DNA from: Micromonas pusilla
Taxonomy: Eukaryota
Direction of reading: 5' to 3'
Assembly: GCA_000151265.1 (NCBI GenBank)
Contig: GG663739.1
Location: 412,071-444,070, forward strand
Length of the DNA: 32,000 bases
Made by a program: the position numbers and the translations under genes. This document shows positions 8,540 through 16,320 of the stretch, piece after piece. The notes beneath the pieces are model-generated. The model was not told where the DNA came from. It made no database searches and saw only the letters and a list, made by a program, of their open reading frames with translations. Numbering within the stretch: the stretch's first letter is position 1; each line of letters begins with the position of its first letter.

Positions 8540-8851
8540 CTTTCCTTTCCGGAACGGTCGACGTCCCGGACCACGCGGACGCGCTCGGGTGTACCACCGA
8601 GAGGAGCCCGCGACGCCCGCGGCTCACCTAGGCGCCTATCGCCGCTCTCGCCCGTGCACCACCACTGCACGGGGGGAGCGCGCGACGCGCCTGTGAGCAT
8701 TTGGCAATTATTTGGCAGGGACCAAAAATAATGTGACATGCACCATGCTCGATTGACGCGACCACCACCGCCTCAAAACTGCTCCGATCGACCTGAAAAT
8801 CTGTGGAGAGGTTCCTTACATCATGTAGATGATGATCCCGTTGTGTAATGC

Positions 8852-8858
8852 AAAAAAA
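8852..8858 (-). terminator. Pol III terminator T-run downstream of tRNA-Asn
   Basis: aaaaaaa on the plus strand, i.e. TTTTTTT on the minus strand, starts 2 nt after the tRNA discriminator base. Confidence 0.5.
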
Positions 8859-8859
8859 G

Positions 8860-8980
8860 CTCATCCTGCCGGGATCGAACCGACGACCTTGCGGTTGATG
8901 TATTGAGGAGGCCTCAAATGGTCATCCGTTTGCGCTGTCTAGTTAACAGCCGCACGCTCTGCCAACTGAGCTAAGGATGA
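8860..8980 (-). tRNA. tRNA-Asn (anticodon GUU) with a 48-nt intron at the canonical 37/38 position
   Basis: Minus-strand reading: acceptor TCATCCT/AGGATGA (7 perfect pairs); D arm GCTC-AGTTGGCA-GAGC (A box TAGCTCAGTTGG); anticodon stem TGCGG/CCGCA with loop CTGTTAA; T arm GTCGG-TTCGATC-CCGGC (B box GGTTCGATCCC); discriminator G. The 48 nt between loop position 37 and the 3' half of the anticodon stem occupy about 8896..8943. Exons are 8944..8980 and 8860..8895. Confidence 0.85.
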
Positions 8981-9196
8981 AACCTGTTCCGATCTTTCGA
9001 TCGGAAGGTCCGATGATTGGTTTCCTGATTAAGCGAAAGAAAAAATTATAAACCACTCTGTGGTCGGTCGGCACGTGGGAAAAACAACGACATGAGATCT
9101 GACGCGACGTCGCGCGGGCACCTCGACCGCGCCGCGCGACGGACATCGCACGCACTAAGCCGTTACGACTTGAAGGTGCGTCTCACCCTCGCCTTT

Positions 9197-9442
9197 CCCC
9201 TCCGCGCCCACCCGCCCGCCCGCGCGCGCGCGAGCGAGCGAAGCGAAGAAGCGCGCGCGCGACGGCGCGCGTTTTCTCTCAGGAAGCGAAACGCTTTTTT
9301 TTTTGTCGTCCCCAATCTGCGCGCGTCTCCCCTCCGCGCCCGCCCGCCCGCCCGCGCGCGCGCGCGCGAGCGAAGTGAAGAAGCGCGCGCGCGACGGCGC
9401 GCGTTTTCTCGGAGAAGGCGAAACGATTTCCTTTTTGTCGTC
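9197..9442. repeat. Two 114-bp direct repeats separated by 18 bp
   Basis: Unit 1 is 9197..9310 and unit 2 is 9329..9442. Both read cccctccgcgccc(a/g)cccgcccgcccgcgcgcg..gagcgaag(c/t)gaagaagcgcgcgcgcgacggcgcgcgttttctc..gcgaaacg..tttttgtcgtc. The second unit ends 4 nt before the candidate ATG at 9447. Confidence 0.85.
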
Positions 9443-9446
9443 GCGG

Positions 9447-10217
9447 ATGATGAGATCCTCCCCGCGTCGTCGTCCGTCCCCGCAGCGCAGATGGAGGCGG
9501 CGGCGATTTTCGGACCGGCGTTCCCGCAGCCGGTGGGTGGTGTTGCCGCCCGGGTTCCACCCGTGGATCGGCGATGCTGATGACGACGATGATGAACAGC
9601 GTATTCACTGCAGAGTCGTTAAATGCACGTGCGGCCTCATCTACGACCAAGATTCGCCTGGCTGCAGGTGCGTCCCGCGGTGCTGTCCGCGTCCGGTCCC
9701 CGTCCTCGAGTACTTCACCGAAGCCGTGAAGACGGCTGTCGGTGAGAAATTCTTCAAGAAACAGAAGTTCAAAGAGAAGATGCGTTGCGGGCCGAATGGC
9801 GGCGCGTTGTGCGATTGCCCGCTCTTCTCCGTGGAAGAGATTCAGAGGTGGAACGACGACTTTTACGCGAGACGCGACGGGGTGAATCAGTTCTGGAAAC
9901 TGATCGTGTACGTGAGGCACGCCGCCGCTCTGTGCGAGCGCCTGTGGCGGGAGGTGCAGGACCGGCGCGGGGCTGGCGCCGCGGTGGACGACGACGACGC
10001 GGGCACGCTCCGTCTCCTCGCGTTGGGGCGCTCGAGAATCCGGGGCGCTGACGCTCGGCTCCATCGCGTAGCTGAGTACCGTGCGGGGGTCCAGGTCGAT
10101 GACGACGACAAGAAGACGAGACCCGCGCTCGAGAAGAATCTCAGGGAAGAGAAAGTGAAGCTGGCAGCCGTCCGCGTTCACTTCGAAGACCCGCCCGGCG
10201 GCGCGGCGGCGGCGTAA
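9447..10217 (+). CDS. Hypothetical Cys-rich protein
   Basis: The plus frame has protein-like composition and GC-rich third positions in its core (..CTCGLIYDQDSPGCRCVPRCCPRPVPVLEYFTEAVKTAVGEKFFKKQKFKEKMRCGPNGGALCDCPLFSVEEIQRWNDDFYARRDGVNQFWKLIVYVRH..). The overlapping minus ORF 9279..10181 looks like an antisense shadow. The start was chosen as the first ATG-ATG after the repeats. An upstream exon cannot be excluded. Confidence 0.5.
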   Translation: MMRSSPRRRPSPQRRWRRRRFSDRRSRSRWVVLPPGFHPWIGDADDDDDEQRIHCRVVKCTCGLIYDQDSPGCRCVPRCCPRPVPVLEYFTEAVKTAVGEKFFKKQKFKEKMRCGPNGGALCDCPLFSVEEIQRWNDDFYARRDGVNQFWKLIVYVRHAAALCERLWREVQDRRGAGAAVDDDDAGTLRLLALGRSRIRGADARLHRVAEYRAGVQVDDDDKKTRPALEKNLREEKVKLAAVRVHFEDPPGGAAAA

Positions 10218-10260
10218 TTTTCTTTTTAACGGAAGTACACAACAACGACGACATCTCTAC

Positions 10261-11481
10261 TCACATCAACCTCAACACGGCTTCGTACACGGCGAACGTG
10301 ATCGCGCTCGCCGGCGCGCTCTTGATCAACCCCGGCGTCAACCCCTTATAAAACCCCCCCACCCCCTCCTTCGCGAGTATCCGCCGCATCGCGCCCGCGA
10401 TGCTCTTGAAAGCCTCCCCGTCCATCGCGACCCGCTCGCCGTACCGCAGCGACCGCGCCAGCCCGGCGACCTGAAACCGCTTCTTCACGACGTCCAACGG
10501 GTGGATGATCAGACGCGCGACGACGCCCGCGCCGAACCCGCACGCGCCGTTCGCGAACCCGCTCAAAGAAGGTTGTTGACCATGGTCGGTCTCCTCCTTC
10601 CCATGCTCCCATCGCATCGCCGTCCGCTTCATCGCGGCGTACGACCCGAACTGTATCGCGCTCGCGGGGATGATCTCGATCAACGTCACGCCCACGCCCG
10701 CGTATAACCCGCGGACGCCGCGGTCGCGGACGATGCCGGCGGCGGCGTCGGCGAGCGACGCGTACACCCGCGGCGACCCCTGCGCGGCTAAGACCGTCCG
10801 CATGACGTCGAACGGGTACGTCGCGACCGTCGCGGTCGCGCCCGCGATCGCGCCGCCGGCGAACGACATCGCCGGCGACGTCGGGTTCTGCCCCGCCGCG
10901 GACGCGACCTTGCGGAACTCGCCGAGCGCGGCGAACTGAATCGCCGTGTACGGCACCCACAGAAATAACGCGGGGACCGTCCCCGCCCACAGCCCGCGGA
11001 GACCCTCCTCGCGCAAGATCGTCCTCGCGCACTGCGCGATCCCGCGGTATTTTCCTCCTCCGCCGGTCGCCGTCGCCGCCGCGTTTGCGTTCAACCCCGA
11101 GAAACCGACGGGCTCGACCTGGACCTGCATCCGGATCTTCACGACGTCCAACGGCGCGACGGCGACGCGCGAGACCATCCCCGCGAACGCGCCCGCCATC
11201 GCCTGCGTGAACGTGCTCGGCGGCGCGCGCCTCGAGTCCCGTCGATCTTCTTCGCGCGAGGACGACGACGCCGCCAGGGCGGCGATCTCGCCGCCGCCGC
11301 CCACCATCGCGGTCGTCCCCGTCGCCGCGTGCGCTGGATGCCGGCGCTGGATGCCCACTCCCACTCCCGCGGCGACGCCCGCGCCGACGGAGAGGACGAC
11401 GAGCCGACGCGAAGTCCGTCGCGGGAGGCTCGGCGGGAGGCTCGCCCACGGGAACGTGAACGCCCCGCCGCCGCCGATCAT
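10261..11481 (-). CDS. Mitochondrial carrier family (SLC25) protein, thiamine-pyrophosphate-carrier-like
   Basis: 406-aa ORF with three carrier repeats carrying the P.D..K.R.Q signature (PLDVVKIRMQ, PFDVMRTVL, PLDVVKKRFQ) and G.....G...G motifs (LWAGTVPAL, LYAGVGVTL, FYKGLTPGL). The substrate assignment is only a resemblance. Confidence 0.9.
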   Translation of the reverse strand: MIGGGGAFTFPWASLPPSLPRRTSRRLVVLSVGAGVAAGVGVGIQRRHPAHAATGTTAMVGGGGEIAALAASSSSREEDRRDSRRAPPSTFTQAMAGAFAGMVSRVAVAPLDVVKIRMQVQVEPVGFSGLNANAAATATGGGGKYRGIAQCARTILREEGLRGLWAGTVPALFLWVPYTAIQFAALGEFRKVASAAGQNPTSPAMSFAGGAIAGATATVATYPFDVMRTVLAAQGSPRVYASLADAAAGIVRDRGVRGLYAGVGVTLIEIIPASAIQFGSYAAMKRTAMRWEHGKEETDHGQQPSLSGFANGACGFGAGVVARLIIHPLDVVKKRFQVAGLARSLRYGERVAMDGEAFKSIAGAMRRILAKEGVGGFYKGLTPGLIKSAPASAITFAVYEAVLRLM

Positions 11482-11661
11482 GGGGGGACACGCGGCGACG
11501 CGCGCCTCCAGTCTCTCTGCGCGCGCGTCGCGTCGTTATCGTCGTTCGAACCAAAAAGTAAAAGCGCACCCAAAAGATTTTTTGGCGGCGGGGCGGACGA
11601 CGACGCGGATGCTCGTCGACGACCGTCGTCGTCGTCACACCGACCGCGCGCCGACGACGCG

Positions 11662-12435
11662 ATGGAGGCGCCCGCGCCGGAGCCGCCGGCGGCGCCGCCG
11701 CCTCCTCCCGCCGCCGCGGACGCGGAGAAACCAAAAGATCATCAGTCGTGGGCGCGCCCGCCGGACTTCGACGCGCTGTCGAGATACGGCTGGCGATGGC
11801 GACCGTCGGACACCGTCGACGAGAATTACGTCGACCTCGTCTCGCTCGTGTCTCGGAACAGCACGTGCGCGGACGGGCACATGGGATGCGCGCTCGTGCG
11901 CGGCATCGCGCGCGGCGGCGGCGGCGAGCGACGCGAGACCGCGGTGGGCGACGTCGTGCTGACGACGATCAACTCGCCGCTGTTCGGGGCGCTGCGATCG
12001 GACTGCCACGCGGAGGCGAACGCCGTCGCGGAAGCCGCGGCGCGCGGGATTTCCCTGCGAGGAAACGGCGACGACGCGACGACCGTCACGTCGTGTTACG
12101 TCACGCGCGCGCCGTGCCTGAGCTGCTATAAGCTCCTCGCGAGCGCGGGCGTCGGGCGGATCGTCGCGCCGCGGCTCATGGACTCGGCGGACGCGCGCGC
12201 GTCCGCGAAAAAGCTCGACGTCGAGTGCGTCGCGTGCGAGGACACCGAGGAGAGGAGAGCGCACAGGTTAGGCCTCGGGAAGACGCACGAGAACATGGAC
12301 GAGATACGCGCGAGGAGGGAGGAGAGGAAGCGGCTGAAGAGGGAGGGGAAGCTCGGGAAGAAAGAGCTCGTGCCGATCGAGAAGAAGCGCGAGCGATCGG
12401 GGCGCGGCGGCGACGACGACGAGCGGAGCGAATGA
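11662..12435 (+). CDS. CMP/dCMP-type zinc-dependent deaminase domain protein
   Basis: Carries the CHAEANAV (H-A-E) and APCLSCYKLL (PC..C) zinc-ligand motifs at the canonical spacing. The start is placed at MEAPAPEPP (ATG 11662) because the longer ORF from 11329 overlaps the carrier gene on the other strand. The C-terminal tail is Lys/Arg/Glu-rich. Confidence 0.85.
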   Translation: MEAPAPEPPAAPPPPPAAADAEKPKDHQSWARPPDFDALSRYGWRWRPSDTVDENYVDLVSLVSRNSTCADGHMGCALVRGIARGGGGERRETAVGDVVLTTINSPLFGALRSDCHAEANAVAEAAARGISLRGNGDDATTVTSCYVTRAPCLSCYKLLASAGVGRIVAPRLMDSADARASAKKLDVECVACEDTEERRAHRLGLGKTHENMDEIRARREERKRLKREGKLGKKELVPIEKKRERSGRGGDDDERSE

Positions 12436-12466
12436 TGAAGCGGAGAGGCGCGCGTCGAGGTATTAG

Positions 12467-12653
12467 GTGCGTTCTATACACTGGTTCCCATACGATCGCG
12501 TCGACGTGGTGAACGCCGATCCTTAAGGACTTTGCCCGGCGCATCTCTCCGCCCACCCCTCGCTTTCAATCCCCGCCCTCGACGCCTTTCAACGCCAACT
12601 GACGCCTATGAACTCCACCCCGACGTTCGCTTGTATAGAACGGCCCTTATTAG
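12467..12653 (+). mobile_element. Introner element copy B (187 nt), located 31 nt downstream of the deaminase stop codon (3'-UTR position)
   Basis: Begins gtgcgttctatacactggttcccatacgatcgcgtcgacgtggtgaacgccgatccttaaggac and ends ..ccccgacgttcgcttgtatagaacggcccttattag. Same strand as the deaminase gene. Carries an 11-nt terminal inverted repeat, cgttctataca (12470-12480) / tgtatagaacg (12632-12642). Flanked by a tattag direct repeat. Confidence 0.9.
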
Positions 12654-12816
12654 AACGTGAGCTTATTAGAAACGACAGACGCGCCGATCGCGTGGGCGGG
12701 TGGCTATCGTCGTCGTGTCGTGGTTGAAGTACATCATCGCGATGACGATCATCAGCGCTGGCTAGCTAGCGTATCCCCCCTCCCTCCTCCCGTCCGTCCG
12801 TCGAACGACCGATCGG

Positions 12817-13326
12817 TCACGCGCTGAACCGCTTCGGGTGCGTCGCCGCCCCCTTCGGGAGCCGGGACGTCGCCGCCGCTCTCGTCTTCCCCCCTCTTCG
12901 CTCGTCCGGCGCGGTCGCGTCGAACGCGCGCTGCGTCGGAACCTGCTGCTCTCTCGGGATTTCTCTCCACTCGCCGCGGGAGTTGATCGTGAACTGCCCG
13001 CACATGGAGAGTCTCTCGCCCGCGTGCATCTTCGGTCCGGGCGCGCGCTTCGGCGCGGACGCGAGCGACGACGCGTTCGCTCCGCTGATCGAGAGTCCGC
13101 CGAAGGGATCGCACGGCATGGTGCGAGGACGGCGGCGGCTTCGCGCTCGCGCTCGCGACGACGACGACGCGAGAGCGCGTCGCGGAGTGAAGCGACGGCG
13201 CGCGCGTCGACGGTTCGTTTCCGTCGTCCCCCCGTTCCGGAACCTGTTTTCAGCCGCCCGGACCAGACGGATCGTCGTTGATCGGGCGACTCCTCGGTCG
13301 TTCCGGTGAACGTCGTCGTCGTTCAT
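12817..13326 (-). CDS. Possible small hypothetical protein (weak)
   Basis: 169-aa ORF. An internal ATG at 13119 would give MPCDPFGGLSISGANASSLASAPKRAPGPKMHAGERLSMCGQFTINSRGEWREIPREQQVPTQRAF... The position is compatible with divergent transcription from the CYP97 gene. No recognisable domain, and the high GC content makes chance ORFs common. Confidence 0.3.
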   Translation of the reverse strand: MNDDDVHRNDRGVARSTTIRLVRAAENRFRNGGTTETNRRRARRRFTPRRALASSSSRARARSRRRPRTMPCDPFGGLSISGANASSLASAPKRAPGPKMHAGERLSMCGQFTINSRGEWREIPREQQVPTQRAFDATAPDERRGGKTRAAATSRLPKGAATHPKRFSA

Positions 13327-13475
13327 CGCGCGATCGACGAAAAACCACGCTCGACGCGATCGAGGCGAATGATCGCGCTTTTCGCGATCTTATCGTATCC
13401 GTAAAGCGCGCCGACCCCGGGGCTGCTGTGCGTCGTCACTCGACGCGCACTCGAGAGCGCACCGCGGCCGCCGCG

Positions 13476-15883
13476 ATGCTCTCGCTCGCCGCTTCCGCGA
13501 CGACGCTCGTCGGAGCCAACGCGGGCGCCTCCGCCGCCGCCGCCTCCACCCGCCGCGGCGGCGCGTCGCTGAGCGCGCGCGATGCGACGGCGACGACGAA
13601 ACCTTTGCGATTCGTCGCGCGCGGGGCGTCGTCCGATCGCGGGCGAGCGCTGACGACGCGCGTGAACGCGAAGTCGCTCGAGGAGAGGATCGCGTCCGGG
13701 GAGTTCACGCAGAAGCGGAGCACCCCCGCGGAGAGCGTGCTGAACGGCATCCGCGACGTGATCAAAGACGTCCCGCAGAGTGCGTCCCGATCCCGTCCGA
13801 TCGATCGGCGCGACGATAGGTTTTTCGCAGGAGGAGCGCGAGAGACTCGACGTTCGATCGCTGACCCCCCGTCCCGAACCTCATCCCGCCCGTCCCCCCG
13901 TCCGCTCGCCCGCCACCGCCAGGTCGAGGCCTGTCCTACCAGCTCGCGAAGCTGTCGAGGAAGTGGAGGAAAGAGAGCATGTCCAAGATGCCCGTCGCCG
14001 CCGGCGACATTCGAGAGATCGCCGGGCAGCCCGTGTTCGTGCCGCTGTACAAGCTCTTCCTCGCGTACGGCGAGATGTTCGTCCTCGCGATCGGGCCCAA
14101 GAAGTTCGTCGTCGTGTCCGACAACGACGTCGCGCGCGAGATGCTGAAGGATCAGGCGACGTCGTTCAGCAAGGGGCTGCTCTCGGAGATTCTCGAATTC
14201 GTCATGGGCACCGGGCTGATCCCCGCGGACGGAGAGACGTGGAAAGTGCGAAGACGCACGGTCGTGCCGTCGCTGCACAAGAAGTACGTCGCGAGCATGG
14301 TCGACATGTTCGGCGACTGCGGCCTGAACGGATCCGCGCAGCTCGCGCGGTCGGAGATGAACGGCGACACGGTCGAGATGGAAAACTTTTACTCGCGGCT
14401 CGCGCTCGACATCATCGGCAAAGCCGTGTTCAACTACGACTTCAACTCGCTGAAGATGGACGACCCGGTGATCAAGGCGGTGTACACCGTCCTGCGAGAG
14501 GCGGAGTACCGCAGCGTGACGTTCATTCCGTACTGGAAAGTGCCTCCGCTGAGATGGCTCGTCCCGAGGCAGAAGGCGTGCCAAGAAGCTCTGGTCGTCG
14601 TCAACGACACGCTCAACATGCTCATCGCGCGGACGAAAAAACTCGTCGAGGAGGAGGACGAGGAGTTCGTCGAGGAGTACCTGAACAAGGCGGACCCGTC
14701 GATCCTGCACTTCCTCATCGCGTCCGGAGACGACGTCACGTCTAAGCAACTCCGCGACGACCTCATGACGCTGCTCATCGCCGGCCACGAGACCACCGCC
14801 GCGGTGCTGACGTGGACGACGTACCTCCTCGCGACGCACCCGGAGATCAAGGCTCGCGTGCAGGCGGAGGTGGACGAAGTCTGCGGCGATCGTAACCCGA
14901 CGATCGCAGACATGATGGACCTGAAGTTCACGACGAGGGTGATCAACGAGTCCATGCGGCTGTACCCGCAGCCGCCGGTGCTCATCCGCCGCGCGTTGGA
15001 GCCGGTGACGCTGGACGGGTACAAGATCGACGCGGGGACGGATTTTTTCATCTCCGTGTGGAACCTGCACCGCAACCCGCGACTTTGGGAGAACCCGGAT
15101 AAGTTCGACCCGGACCGGTTCCCGATCGATCAGAAGATGCCGAACGAGATCACGGAGAACTTCGCGTACCTTCCGTTCGGAGGCGGGCAGCGGAAGTGCG
15201 TCGGCGATCAGTTCGCGCTGTTCGAGAGCATCATCACGCTCGCGATGGTGTGCCGCAGGTGCGTTCTATACACTGGTTCCCATACGACCGCGTCGGCGTG
15301 GTGGACGCCGTTTCTTAAGGACTTTTCCCGGCGTCTCTCTCCGCCCAGCCCCCGCTTTCAATCCCCGCCCTCGACGCCTTTCAACTTCAACTGACGCCTT
15401 TCAACGTGCCGCAGGTTCGACTTCGAGCTCGACGCGAAGTTTCATCCCGACGGCGAGTGCGGGATGACGACGGGGGCGACGATTCACACGACGGGCGGTC
15501 TGCACGTCAAGCTGAAACGTCGCGACGGCGCGGGCGGGAACGAGATGCTCGGTTCGATTGACTGCGGCGACGGCGTCAAGTGCGCGTCGCTCGGCGAGCT
15601 CTCGGACGTGAACACCGGCGACGGGACCCCGGAGAGCGGCGCGGCGAGCTTCGACGAGGCCGAGCGCGCGCAGGCGAGAGACTTAAAAGAAGCCGCGGTC
15701 GTTCTCGGCGCGAAAACCGCGGGCGCGAGCGAGCTGAAGAGCGGCTCGGGGGGTGCGAAGGGCGAGAAGCCTTCGATCGACGGCGCGGCGTTGGAGGAGG
15801 CGGTGAAGGAGGCGGAGGCGCTGTACGAGGCCGAGGCGGAGCGCGAGGCGGCGATGAAGAAGGAGCTGGAGCAGAGTCTTTAG
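13476..15883 (+). CDS. Cytochrome P450, CYP97 family (plastid carotenoid hydroxylase type); 3 exons, 702 aa
   Basis: Exons are 13476..13779, 13923..15258 and 15415..15883. Heme motif [17 protein letters not shown]. After IE removal the sequence reads ..[43 protein letters not shown], which matches the CYP97 C-terminal consensus ([10 protein letters not shown]). The N-terminus is a Ser/Ala/Arg-rich, transit-peptide-like sequence. Both introns are phase-consistent (intron 1 phase 1, A|GT..AG|GT gives AGT; intron 2 phase 2, AG|..|G gives AGG). Confidence 0.9.
13780..13922 (+). other. Ordinary (non-IE) spliceosomal intron 1 of CYP97, 143 nt
   Basis: Donor a|gtgcgt, acceptor ccgccag|gt. It joins ..[39 protein letters not shown].. 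in frame. No similarity to the IE beyond the donor hexamer. Confidence 0.75.
15259..15414 (+). mobile_element. Introner element copy C (short form, 156 nt); intron 2 of CYP97
   Basis: Begins gtgcgttctatacactggttcccatacgaccgcgtcggcgtggtggacgccgtttcttaaggac and ends ..ctgacgcctttcaacgtgccgcag. It lacks the ccccgacgttcgct..gaacg 3' module. Flanked by a perfect 9-bp direct repeat gtgccgcag (15250-15258 and 15406-15414). Confidence 0.9.
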
Positions 15884-16041
15884 ACCGAGATGCACGGCGC
15901 GCGCCGCGCGCGCGCGGGCGGGCGGTCGCGCGGGGACCGGTGTGCGGGACGCGCGGCGGCGGCGACGGGGGAGAAGTGACGCGACGATCGACCGAGGGTT
16001 GGTGGTTCATCAGACGTCTTCTTTCGTTTAGATCAACACCG

Positions 16042-16083
16042 CAACTATCAACTTCAACTTCAACTTCAACATCAACTTCAACA
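16042..16083. repeat. (TCAACT)n hexanucleotide microsatellite, 7 units
   Basis: Direct reading: caacta tcaact tcaact tcaact tcaaca tcaact tcaaca. It lies in the convergent 3' region between CYP97 and PP2C. Confidence 0.9.
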
Positions 16084-16320
16084 CAAATAGTGACGGCGAC
16101 GCGCGACCGACGCGCCTCCAGGTCCGTTTCGAATGCTAAACGCGTCGTGTTATTAAAACTCATCCTAATGATCAAGGGTGCGGCGCGATTTCGCCGCGCC
16201 CTTCCTCTTCCTCGCGATCGATCCCGCCCAGCCGGTCCTCGAGATCGTGCGCCTCAACTTCAACGTTGACAACGTCAACATACAGTAAGATTACGCTGAC
16301 CTCCTCGTTCTCGTCGCCTC

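Noticed and set aside
13436-15070. 544-aa minus-strand ORF opposite the P450
   Set aside because: It is antisense to an unambiguous CYP97 coding sequence. Its composition is dominated by R, V, H, D and L with no motifs. The same reasoning rejects 26615..27835 (opposite eIF3e), 30131..31675 (opposite the aspartic protease), 10346..11734 and 10946..11962 (around the carrier gene), 6870..8252 and 6854..7798 (inside the 1111-aa gene), 21285..23354, and 28461..30323.
16255-16280. Inverted repeat caacgttgacaacgtcaac between CYP97 and PP2C, considered as a transcription terminator
   Set aside because: Hairpin terminators are a bacterial concept and there is no evidence of that role here. It is more likely part of the (TCAACT)-like simple-sequence neighbourhood in shared 3' UTR space.
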